DNA of 64,000 nt, from positions 1 through 64,000 of the IMG/VR virus record IMGVR_UViG_3300025577_000005; one strand, given 5' to 3'. Every line of letters begins with the position of its first letter. Position 1 is the first letter of the stretch. This DNA comes from a virus. Taxonomy: Duplodnaviria; Caudoviricetes. Shown in pieces: positions 42,177 to 49,079 of the stretch. Made by a program: the position numbers and the translations under genes. Under the pieces are notes generated by a model. That model made no database searches. It saw only the letters and a list, made by a program, of their open reading frames with translations, and had not been told where the DNA came from.

Positions 42177-42578
42177 TTATCTTGTTGCCTCTAAAAGGAA
42201 AGAATATTCTTGTGTTGGAAACTCTTGACCAATAATATCAAATATTACGGTAACATCAAATGCATTACGGTCTGGTCTTGGTAGAACTTCGACTTGCAAA
42301 TTATCGACTCTTGGTTCAAAATTATTGATGGATATTTGGATCTGATCACTAATTACGGAAGCTGTACCAAAATCAACAAACTCAAATAAACTTCCTCTTA
42401 CGTCAGATCCAAATATTGAATTGAAGAACTTTTCGGTAGGTATTGTTTGAACAATATTTCTCACAGATCTACGAATTGCTGATTCATTTTTTAGAATCGG
42501 AAGGTCTTTTGTCACAGGATGGGGCTCAAAAGACAAACTAATGTCCTTAAATGCCCGTGATATCCTCTGAATTGCCAT
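42177..42578 (-). CDS. g25: Baseplate wedge subunit gp25
   Basis: FKDISLSF, AIRRSVRNIV, EKFFNSIFGS, FEPRV. Confidence 0.93.
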   Translation of the reverse strand: MAIQRISRAFKDISLSFEPHPVTKDLPILKNESAIRRSVRNIVQTIPTEKFFNSIFGSDVRGSLFEFVDFGTASVISDQIQISINNFEPRVDNLQVEVLPRPDRNAFDVTVIFDIIGQEFPTQEYSFLLEATR

Positions 42579-42600
42579 TGTTAAAGAGTTTTCTTAATTT

Positions 42601-42608
42601 TATTTATA
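42601..42608 (-). promoter_or_regulatory. T4-type late promoter TATAAATA
   Basis: Exact consensus upstream of g25. Confidence 0.8.
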
Positions 42609-42610
42609 CT

Positions 42611-42787
42611 CTATTCCTGAAGATTTTTCTGTCCTTCCTTTAAATCATCATGCATAATCTCCTGAAGTACTCTTTCTTCAGGATCATTCGTTTTTTTGGG
42701 TAATGACCAGTAATCTGTGGTCAAACTTGTCGTTCCCCACACTTCTTGCATATAATTTTTATTTCTGTCTACTGGTGAATTGCCCAT
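42611..42787 (-). CDS. Hypothetical protein (not in ORF track)
   Basis: Manual translation MGNSPVDRNKNYMQEVWGTTSLTTDYWS...KNLQE, 58 aa, AGGAG RBS upstream. Confidence 0.75.
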   Translation of the reverse strand: MGNSPVDRNKNYMQEVWGTTSLTTDYWSLPKKTNDPEERVLQEIMHDDLKEGQKNLQE

Positions 42788-42840
42788 TTTACTCCTATTT
42801 TGTTAGAATAGAACTTTTTGAGGGGTTCCTATCCCTATTT

Positions 42841-42848
42841 TATTTATT
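42841..42848 (-). promoter_or_regulatory. Late promoter (AATAAATA)
   Basis: Overlaps stop of the 224-aa ORF, precedes a structured leader. Confidence 0.5.
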
Positions 42849-43518
42849 TTTCACCCTCTTCGGATGAATTTTCACGTTCTTGTGCAGTCTTCCAAAAATA
42901 TTCGTCCTCTCTACCCATTCCAAGTCGTTCAAATCCATTTTCAACTTGATAATATTGAGTCGAAACCTTAAAATCAGGCATTTTTGGTTCGACAGGTGTC
43001 AGACTATTGTCAAAAATACGTAATCTATTGTTTGGATATAGTGCATACTGTCCATTCTCAAGTTCAATCAGGTTATGAGACTTGTGTTCGGCAGGATTTT
43101 CACTGGTCGCCCAATCAACATAGTCCGGATCATGATGATAGTTATCAATAGTACAGACATACGTACCTTTTACATTACCAAAGTCCCTTGTATAACATTC
43201 AAAGTCCATTGAACCAATAAGTTTCTTATCCACCGAGACAACCCCGTAGTCCATACAATTCCAAAACTGTAGGTTTGGTAGGTTCATGTCCGGACTTGGT
43301 GTCTCAGGGTCCGCCACAAAGGCACTGATAGGCAATTTGTCATACATTGCCGCATATTCTGGTAGATAGGTCTCAAAATAAAAAGCACGTCCAGGAATCG
43401 ATTTAACCGATACCCAAACGCCCTTTACAAATTCACCATGTCCACTTTGATGATCCGTTAGATATTCCTTACGAACCCATACTTCCTGTGATGGAAGATT
43501 TGCAATCAAACATGCCAT
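42844..43518 (-). CDS. Conserved cyanophage hypothetical protein
   Basis: MACLIANLP...WVRKEYL...LPISAF...WNCM...HKSHN...YPNNR. Confidence 0.85.
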   Translation of the reverse strand: MACLIANLPSQEVWVRKEYLTDHQSGHGEFVKGVWVSVKSIPGRAFYFETYLPEYAAMYDKLPISAFVADPETPSPDMNLPNLQFWNCMDYGVVSVDKKLIGSMDFECYTRDFGNVKGTYVCTIDNYHHDPDYVDWATSENPAEHKSHNLIELENGQYALYPNNRLRIFDNSLTPVEPKMPDFKVSTQYYQVENGFERLGMGREDEYFWKTAQERENSSEEGEK

Positions 43519-43546
43519 ATAGTGACAATAAAACTACACTTATATA

Positions 43547-43699
43547 TTAACCTCTTCCTTGTCCACGATACATCTTCTTTTTTCCGTTACGAGAAGTCGC
43601 GGCATATTTCGTGTGCTTACCACTCCCTTGACGAGTTTTCTTCGGTTTTCCTTCTATAAAACCATCACCACTTAATCCAACTCTTGAACGCATTGCCAT
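43547..43699 (-). CDS. Small highly basic protein (not in ORF track)
   Basis: MAMRSRVGLSGDGFIEGKPKKTRQGSGKHTKYAATSRNGKKKMYRGQGRG, 50 aa. Confidence 0.75.
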   Translation of the reverse strand: MAMRSRVGLSGDGFIEGKPKKTRQGSGKHTKYAATSRNGKKKMYRGQGRG

Positions 43700-43708
43700 A
43701 ATAACTTC

Positions 43709-43870
43709 CTAATACTTTGTGATTTTTGTTTCTAAATCTTGTGGTCTTGGAAAACCTTTCTGATAATACTCTACCGAAAGGTTTTCCATCATATCAAAAT
43801 ACTCTTCCTCCGTCAAGTTCTTGCGTAATACTTTCCCTTTATGGAGAATTGTATACCTTGTCAGACTCAT
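43709..43870 (-). CDS. Hypothetical protein
   Basis: Start MSLTRYTILHKG coupled to the glycosyltransferase stop (TGATG). Confidence 0.7.
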   Translation of the reverse strand: MSLTRYTILHKGKVLRKNLTEEEYFDMMENLSVEYYQKGFPRPQDLETKITKY

Positions 43871-44628
43871 CAGATCACTCTTGTCTTCTCGTGTCCAACT
43901 CTGATACGTGGATCGCACCATATCTCAAATCCTGCTTCGATAGCATCGAGACAGAATGATACATCCTCTCCACACATATCCTGCACCTCTCCACTCTCAA
44001 AGACTTGCATCTTTGGAGCAAACCATGGATACTTCATACCAGAATGCTCAAAGACTCCGTGCTTAAGAAGTAACCATCCAAATCCTGCATAATCTACAGT
44101 AAATGGTTTGCGACGCTTCGAAATACTCTCCCCAGTCTCATGATTCATGACTCCACCATTATTACGGAAATCATCCTCTTCCATCCAATGTGCAACTGAA
44201 GTGGTCTTACCATCCTCTGTCATATACCATCCACTCGCAATGTCTTGGTCCATCAAAACTAATTGCCAAAACTTCTCAGATGAAAATACAATGTCACTAT
44301 CAATCCATAATTGCCAATCATACTGCAACTTTCCGTCCCATGGAATTTGATCCGGTCCTCGCAATACATTCGCACCTAAACACTTACATCTGGCAAAATT
44401 TACCATCGAACTGTAATCTTGCGAAATCTGAATACTTGCTCCTGCCTGTACTAAATCAAAACAAAGTTGTACAAAGTTTTTGAGATACGTATAAGAAACT
44501 CCTCTACCTGGTAAACAAAAGACAATGGACTTGCCTTTTACCATTTCCTTTGCCTTCGCATAGTCCCATTCTGGACCACTCTCAGATGGTTTGGGTGTCT
44601 TTGCTTTTACTGTAAATCCTTTAGCCAT
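43870..44628 (-). CDS. Glycosyltransferase-like protein (GT-A fold)
   Basis: LWIDSDI DxD motif, GFGWLL, GEDVSFC, DPRIRVGH. Confidence 0.8.
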   Translation of the reverse strand: MAKGFTVKAKTPKPSESGPEWDYAKAKEMVKGKSIVFCLPGRGVSYTYLKNFVQLCFDLVQAGASIQISQDYSSMVNFARCKCLGANVLRGPDQIPWDGKLQYDWQLWIDSDIVFSSEKFWQLVLMDQDIASGWYMTEDGKTTSVAHWMEEDDFRNNGGVMNHETGESISKRRKPFTVDYAGFGWLLLKHGVFEHSGMKYPWFAPKMQVFESGEVQDMCGEDVSFCLDAIEAGFEIWCDPRIRVGHEKTRVI

Positions 44629-44651
44629 AACTGTAAATGAACTTCTTCACT

Positions 44652-44680
44652 ATCATAACACTCTATCTATACACCGTCAA
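44652..44680 (-). promoter_or_regulatory. Sigma70-type promoter
   Basis: TTGACG-17 bp-TATGAT upstream of the glycosyltransferase. Confidence 0.75.
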
Positions 44681-44686
44681 GACCCC

Positions 44687-44863
44687 TCAAATCTCTTCGA
44701 GATCCTTAATAATAATACAATCATTCTCTACCTCGATATTTACTTCTGTTCCCTCGTACCACCCCTTCTCATCACATATCCATTCCGGTATCGTAATAAC
44801 ATGTTCCCCACTTACTGGGTCGATCTCTACAGTCGTAAAATTTTCTGCGGAATTTTTTTGCAT
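44687..44863 (-). CDS. AbrB/MazE/SpoVT-like small DNA-binding protein (not in ORF track)
   Basis: MQKNSAENFTTVEIDPVSGEHVITIPEWICDEKGWYEGTEVNIEVENDCIIIKDLEEI matches the swapped-hairpin pattern (ITIP..I...GW..G..V.I.V....III). Confidence 0.7.
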   Translation of the reverse strand: MQKNSAENFTTVEIDPVSGEHVITIPEWICDEKGWYEGTEVNIEVENDCIIIKDLEEI

Positions 44864-45001
44864 ATCTTTGAATCCTGTATCCGTTTTTTATATATGAAAA
44901 CTTTTTTTTATTAGAGTATTATTGAGAACGGACTTTGGGTCGTTTATAGCTTAAAGTAGTAGGGGGGTTTTATATACGGGGCACGGCAACGCATAACATA
45001 A

Positions 45002-45019
45002 GGGGGGCATATACCCCCC
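45002..45019 (-). terminator. GC hairpin at end of the early gene cluster
   Basis: GGGGGG-catata-CCCCCC immediately downstream of the 45028-45225 ORF; weak T-tail. Confidence 0.55.
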
Positions 45020-45027
45020 ACTGCTGT

Positions 45028-45225
45028 TTACGAACGAATGCCCATATCTATCAACTGCCTGCGAACTCCCCTTCTTACTTGATTCATAGCATGAGGGCAT
45101 GATGGTGATGATGGGGCAGTATATGTAAATCCTACATAATGCCTAAAGACTAAATGTGTCCTTTGACGTTCTAAGTCATAACCCATAGAATCCATGAAGA
45201 TGCGAACTTCTTTTTTGTATTTCAT
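45028..45225 (-). CDS. HicA-like (dsRBD-fold) small protein
   Basis: KEVRIFMDSMGYDLERQRTHLVFRH...TAPSSPS resembles HicA G-Y-x-x-x-R-x-x-x-H-x-x-F-x-H. Confidence 0.55.
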   Translation of the reverse strand: MKYKKEVRIFMDSMGYDLERQRTHLVFRHYVGFTYTAPSSPSCPHAMNQVRRGVRRQLIDMGIRS

Positions 45226-45261
45226 TGGAGAAAGTAAAGAGAAAAAAAACGAGAGAGTTGA

Positions 45262-45453
45262 TCAACTCTCCAGAACCCAGGTTCCCAGTTCACCAGCATC
45301 TAGACGTTCGTTCATCAGTTCCCAGTAAGGGGAGGCAATGAACGCATCCAGCAATCCCAGGTGATGAACGAACCGCAAACCCTGTAACCAGGAAACGGTG
45401 CCATCCCATTCAGCAGAGGTGAGAAACTCATCCCAGATAAGGTCAGAACGCAT
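45262..45453 (-). CDS. Hypothetical protein
   Basis: Likely start MRSDLIWDEF at 45453, downstream of a promoter. Confidence 0.7.
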   Translation of the reverse strand: MRSDLIWDEFLTSAEWDGTVSWLQGLRFVHHLGLLDAFIASPYWELMNERLDAGELGTWVLES

Positions 45454-45478
45454 GAGGTGCTTTGCTTGGTTCCTCCAT

Positions 45479-45506
45479 ATTCTACAGCATCGCACCCCCC
45501 TGCCAA
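45479..45506 (-). promoter_or_regulatory. Sigma70-type promoter
   Basis: TTGGCA-16 bp-TAGAAT; leader resembles those at 54805-54834 and 60817-60841. Confidence 0.55.
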
Positions 45507-45545
45507 CCCCCTGAACGATAAGGGTTGCTGATGAGGGTGATAAGA

Positions 45546-46457
45546 TTATTTGTCTACACTTTGGAACTTATTGTTGCTGAAATTGGCATAACTGAATTGC
45601 TCACGATTGACTAACTTAAATGTACCGAACTCATTGGAGTAGACATAACCCTCACCACCGATTGGAGTTTGTCCGATGTATGCCTTCGGTCCATTATTCC
45701 GACAGAGATAGATAGCGTCCTCTTTAATCGACTTAACTAACAACCAGAAACTGATGAGATTCTCATTCATAAAGGTAGAAGCAATCACGGGACGATTCTC
45801 ACGGATACAGGAATTGAGTTCCTGTTTAATAAGTACGGCATCCTTATCTGATACAAACTCAACGTTCTGTGCCATTACCTTAGCAAAGGCAATTACGTCA
45901 TCTAAGTCATGGAATCTCTTCAGACCATCATCATACAAACCAGACGCAATCGTTGCCCTAGGTTTCACGAACTTGCAATAGAATGTGTCTGTAATAGTGA
46001 AGTTCATCGGGTGTGCGATTGCATCCCTTAAATCACTCTCTGCTGTGTAATACGTATGAGGGGCAATGATAATCTCCTCCTCTATAATATTATCGAACTG
46101 ATAGGTGATTGTGTTCGGTGTATATTCATCAGACCCACCGAATCCGATAAAGTCACCCTGAAAGATGCCGTCAGTTAGTGGAAGATAGTCATAGCACTTA
46201 TGAAGAATATTAGCAACATTGCCTGTGTGGTTCCTATCAATATCCTGATGCGATTCGTTGATTTTGATCTTTACTTTGTTAAAAACTGACTTAGTACCAA
46301 CGAAGAAATTACCCGTCGCAGGATTCTTTCCCCATACGATTGCAGGTGCTCCGTCCATTTTCACTGACAGATTGCCTTCGTTACGTAGACAATCAAGAGC
46401 ACTTAAATCACCAGTGAGAATGGAATCTTCGGGATGTTCGATGTGCTTATTTTGCAT
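45546..46457 (-). CDS. Conserved cyanophage protein (DUF6267-like) with ligase-type nucleotidyltransferase motifs
   Basis: NKHIEHPED N-terminus; SVKMDG, IFQGDF, GEGYVY, FKLV. Confidence 0.75.
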   Translation of the reverse strand: MQNKHIEHPEDSILTGDLSALDCLRNEGNLSVKMDGAPAIVWGKNPATGNFFVGTKSVFNKVKIKINESHQDIDRNHTGNVANILHKCYDYLPLTDGIFQGDFIGFGGSDEYTPNTITYQFDNIIEEEIIIAPHTYYTAESDLRDAIAHPMNFTITDTFYCKFVKPRATIASGLYDDGLKRFHDLDDVIAFAKVMAQNVEFVSDKDAVLIKQELNSCIRENRPVIASTFMNENLISFWLLVKSIKEDAIYLCRNNGPKAYIGQTPIGGEGYVYSNEFGTFKLVNREQFSYANFSNNKFQSVDK

Positions 46458-46531
46458 TTAGAGAATGATGAGAATGAGAATAATTGAGTAGAATTGGGCA
46501 TAGATTGATGCCCATTCTTTTTTGGTTTTAA

Positions 46532-46849
46532 TCATGCAAGACGCATCCCGTCAAAGAAAGGAATTGGAGAACCTTGATAGTTAACGAACCACTGAAAGTT
46601 CTTTTGAAAAACATATTCACCGTCCATTCCGAAGGCAGAAAGTAAAGCATTCAAACGTGACTTTGTGGTCTTTGATTGATAACCACCGTCAAAGATCTGA
46701 ATCCAGGTATCACCAACGGTTGCGATTTTGTTTCCGTGGAGGTATACATCAGAGGTGCCCTCCCAACCGGGGATAACAGTCGTATTGGCAGATGACCAAC
46801 GTTCGTCGTTCTGAACTGCTGTGATCATCTGGGTTTCGATTTTACGCAT
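46532..46849 (-). CDS. Hypothetical early protein
   Basis: MRKIETQM...VYLHGNKIA...TTKSRLNALL...VFQKNFQWFV; preceded by repeated promoter cassette. Confidence 0.8.
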   Translation of the reverse strand: MRKIETQMITAVQNDERWSSANTTVIPGWEGTSDVYLHGNKIATVGDTWIQIFDGGYQSKTTKSRLNALLSAFGMDGEYVFQKNFQWFVNYQGSPIPFFDGMRLA

Positions 46850-46901
46850 GAGAGGCAGGTAGAAAGGTCTGAGAGGTGTGGTGAGGTGCTGTCCCCTCCA
46901 C

Positions 46902-46964
46902 TTCTATACAATACACGATTTTGAGGTCTGTGCCGGAACCTTGTGCCACCTATCCGATTGTCCC
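46902..46964 (-). promoter_or_regulatory. Early promoter cassette copy 1
   Basis: -10 TATTGT at 46908-46913 within TACAATACACGATTTTG; palindrome GTGCCACCTATCCGATTGTCCC at 46943-46964. Confidence 0.75.
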
Positions 46965-47180
46965 ACCCATCATGGTGCTGTATTGTGAGATGGGAAGGAC
47001 TTTCATCAGCACGTACTCAAAATCATCTTTGATTTCTTCCTTGTAGGCATCTGCCGTTGATTGACAGTCAAAGAGACGAAGAGAATCGAAGAACTCTCCT
47101 TCATAATGCCCATCAAGATAATGACCACCGATAACGGCAATGCATTTTGGTTCGGTCATGGTCTCGGTTTCGTTGTTCAT
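46950..47180 (-). CDS. Hypothetical protein
   Basis: MNNETETMTEPKCIAVIGG...; start could be 47159. Confidence 0.65.
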   Translation of the reverse strand: MNNETETMTEPKCIAVIGGHYLDGHYEGEFFDSLRLFDCQSTADAYKEEIKDDFEYVLMKVLPISQYSTMMGGTIG

Positions 47181-47190
47181 ACTGTTAGTA

Positions 47191-47406
47191 TCAGTTACCG
47201 AAGAATTCATCGTGACAATCAGCAACGAAATCTATCAGTTCATCGGTGCAATTAAGACCGAAACGATCACATACCCAATCGACACACATTTCAAGATCAG
47301 GCATCATCTCCAGCATGTAGTTTGCGAGGTCTGAAGCAATCTCTTCCTTGAGACGGTTCATATCATTTTGCATGGCATAAGTGCAGGGGTCGGTGTAAGT
47401 TTGCAT
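47191..47406 (-). CDS. Hypothetical acidic protein
   Basis: Start MQTYTDPC directly after cassette copy 2 leader. Confidence 0.75.
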   Translation of the reverse strand: MQTYTDPCTYAMQNDMNRLKEEIASDLANYMLEMMPDLEMCVDWVCDRFGLNCTDELIDFVADCHDEFFGN

Positions 47407-47489
47407 TTGGTGAATTCCTTTGACCCTTCTACAATACACGATTTTGGGGTCTGTGCCGTGACCTTATGCCACTTTGTCCAACTGTCCAC
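47407..47489 (-). promoter_or_regulatory. Early promoter cassette copy 2
   Basis: Leader TTGGTGAATTCCTTTGACCCTTCT, -10 TATTGT at 47431-47436, palindrome from 47466. Confidence 0.75.
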
Positions 47490-47509
47490 TCGCGGCCGAC
47501 CGGTTTGTG

Positions 47510-47617
47510 TTACTTAGTGTGAGGTGAGTTAATAACTGTAACCCAGTTGCTTGGAGGTGATAGTTTGTTCGATACTTTCACCCATTGACCTTTGAAACGA
47601 ACGAGAGTAAATTTCAT
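47510..47617 (-). CDS. Small hypothetical protein (not in ORF track)
   Basis: MKFTLVRFKGQWVKVSNKLSPPSNWVTVINSPHTK, coupled by TGATG. Confidence 0.5.
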   Translation of the reverse strand: MKFTLVRFKGQWVKVSNKLSPPSNWVTVINSPHTK

Positions 47618-47766
47618 CAGTAATCAGTGTTTCCGTTAATGTAACCTTCTACGTCAAACTTCTTATCATCTTCATACTCTTCCTTATATTCAATCACATC
47701 ATAAATCTCACCCGGCATGTCATTAATCTCAGAGAAGATGTCAGTGTCGAAAGTGTCGTAATCCAT
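47617..47766 (-). CDS. Small acidic protein (not in ORF track)
   Basis: MDYDTFDTDIFSEINDMPGEIYDVIEYKEEYEDDKKFDVEGYINGNTDY, 49 aa. Confidence 0.65.
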   Translation of the reverse strand: MDYDTFDTDIFSEINDMPGEIYDVIEYKEEYEDDKKFDVEGYINGNTDY

Positions 47767-47808
47767 TTGAAAAAAAGTGTTAGTTAGTGAGAGTTGAGTA
47801 AGGGTTAC

Positions 47809-48045
47809 TTAGTCTATAAGTTCTTTCATCATTTCGTTTACTTCTATTCCGTTGATATTAACATCGTCCCACTTACATCCGTCTGGTGTTTCTTTACTAC
47901 ACTCTAAAATCATACTAACCATATGACCATAAGTTCCACCATCCCTGGCAACATCACATGCAAGTTCATACAAACCAGGATCATTTCCGATCCAGAGAGC
48001 AACATTCCAGGTTTCCCAATTTGTCCAACCGTTGTAACCTTGCAT
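47809..48045 (-). CDS. Hypothetical phage protein (YNGWTNWETWNVALW family)
   Basis: Recognisable widespread phage motif; follows cassette copy 3. Confidence 0.8.
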   Translation of the reverse strand: MQGYNGWTNWETWNVALWIGNDPGLYELACDVARDGGTYGHMVSMILECSKETPDGCKWDDVNINGIEVNEMMKELID

Positions 48046-48127
48046 TTGGTGAATTCCTGATGACTTAACTACAATACACGATTTTGGTGCCAGTGGGGAG
48101 ATTAGTGGACACCTCTACGACTGGCAC
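48046..48127 (-). promoter_or_regulatory. Early promoter cassette copy 3
   Basis: Leader TTGGTGAATTCCT, -10 TATTGT at 48071-48076, palindrome TGGACACCTCTACGACTGGCAC at 48106-48127. Confidence 0.75.
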
Positions 48128-48136
48128 ATATTCTTG

Positions 48137-48304
48137 TTACTTAGTGGGGAAATTACGACAGACAGCATCACATAGACGCGTCACCAATTCATTACTCAAT
48201 CGATCACTTATAATGCCACTAAGTTCACCATCAACAATTGCGTCGATATCATGCATCAATTGTTCCCGTGCTGATAACATCTCAAGTGTGTCGTTGTTAA
48301 TCAT
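48137..48304 (-). CDS. Hypothetical protein
   Basis: Likely start MINNDTLEML at 48304 after cassette copy 4. Confidence 0.7.
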   Translation of the reverse strand: MINNDTLEMLSAREQLMHDIDAIVDGELSGIISDRLSNELVTRLCDAVCRNFPTK

Positions 48305-48429
48305 TTTTGAGGTGAATTTCTTTGACCCTTCTACAATACACGAATTCGATGCCCTGTGCTCATTTAGTGGACGGTTCCACGATTGGCACAAGACACTAGT
48401 TTAAACTGTGCCGATCCACGAACTGGCAC
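48305..48429 (-). promoter_or_regulatory. Early promoter cassette copy 4 with two palindromes
   Basis: -10 TATTGT at 48333-48338; palindromes at 48368-48389 and 48408-48429. Confidence 0.75.
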
Positions 48430-48430
48430 A

Positions 48431-48583
48431 CTAATATAGATCTGCAGTCTCTCTGATGCTAATATCAATATTCTCATCACCTTCTAGTCCTAAGATATCA
48501 ACCCAATTGATATTCTGCAGGTCTAGATCTTCATAACACTCAATGTCTAATGTAACACTTACAATGCGTTTCTGTGCGTACAT
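48431..48583 (-). CDS. Small acidic protein (not in ORF track)
   Basis: MYAQKRIVSVTLDIECYEDLDLQNINWVDILGLEGDENIDISIRETADLY, 50 aa, own promoter. Confidence 0.65.
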   Translation of the reverse strand: MYAQKRIVSVTLDIECYEDLDLQNINWVDILGLEGDENIDISIRETADLY

Positions 48584-48607
48584 GTGTATCTCGTGTGATG
48601 TTTACGT

Positions 48608-48636
48608 ATTATATCATGCGTAATGTTTGTATGCAA
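48608..48636 (-). promoter_or_regulatory. Sigma70-type promoter
   Basis: TTGCAT-17 bp-TATAAT. Confidence 0.65.
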
Positions 48637-48805
48637 GCTCGACGTAATCATGTGTATCTCGTGCATACTCATCATCATCGTATGCATCTAGTTGCATATC
48701 TAGTGATGTATTATGCATGTATGTCTCACACATCTCGTCGAGATCGTATACATTATGATCATTACTTAATGATGTATAGTCGAGATTGTGATCGTAGTAA
48801 TACAT
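48614..48805 (-). CDS. Small Asp/Tyr/His-rich protein
   Basis: 63-aa ORF downstream of a perfect consensus promoter; unusual base composition. Confidence 0.55.
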   Translation of the reverse strand: MYYYDHNLDYTSLSNDHNVYDLDEMCETYMHNTSLDMQLDAYDDDEYARDTHDYVELAYKHYA

Positions 48806-48885
48806 GGGTCTCGTCGAGATTTGTATGTTACTTGTATATTATACTGTTATCTCGTCTAGATGTCAAGTGCATATCTAGTCGAGAT
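48732..48885. repeat. Cluster of ATCT(C/A)GTC(G/T)AGAT palindromes
   Basis: ATCTCGTCGAGAT at 48732, GTCTCGTCGAGAT at 48808, ATCTCGTCTAGAT at 48849, ATCTAGTCGAGAT at 48873, partial ATAGTCGAGAT at 48776. Confidence 0.75.
48838..48866 (-). promoter_or_regulatory. Perfect sigma70 consensus promoter
   Basis: TTGACA-17 bp-TATAAT; spacer contains the palindrome ATCTAGACGAGAT. Confidence 0.85.
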
Positions 48886-48895
48886 CCATAAGCAT

Positions 48896-48903
48896 TATTT
48901 ATA
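48896..48903 (-). promoter_or_regulatory. T4-type late promoter TATAAATA
   Basis: Exact consensus in non-coding DNA. Confidence 0.55.
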
Positions 48904-48954
48904 AGTCTCGACGATAAAAAATGTGTGGGTCTCAGAATTTTTATGCGGGGGTGG

Positions 48955-48983
48955 TTGACAAAATGCTCTGAGTGTGATAGCCT
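48955..48983 (+). promoter_or_regulatory. Plus-strand sigma70-type promoter with no downstream ORF
   Basis: TTGACA-17 bp-TAGCCT with TGn extension; points into the repeats and DnaA boxes. Confidence 0.55.
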
Positions 48984-49011
48984 GCGGGTAAAGGTCACAA
49001 GTCTCAGAAGG

Positions 49012-49077
49012 TTTATAAGGCATAAGATCTGAGGTTTATAAGAACTTTATAAGGCATAAGATCTGAGGTTTATAAGA
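49012..49077. repeat. 32-bp perfect direct repeat, two copies
   Basis: TTTATAAGGCATAAGATCTGAGGTTTATAAGA at 49012-49043 and 49046-49077. Confidence 0.9.
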
Positions 49078-49079
49078 GG

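Noticed and set aside
46902-48429. Repeated cassettes as a CRISPR array
   Set aside because: Copies are degenerate, hundreds of bp apart and separated by intact ORFs; no cas genes
48574-48891. 105-aa plus-strand ORF in the palindrome-rich segment
   Set aside because: Promoters at 48608-48636 and 48838-48866 face the minus strand; the open frame is explained by the odd base composition
49012-49077. Direct repeat as a mini-CRISPR or att site
   Set aside because: Only 2 bp between copies, no spacer; no integrase in the window
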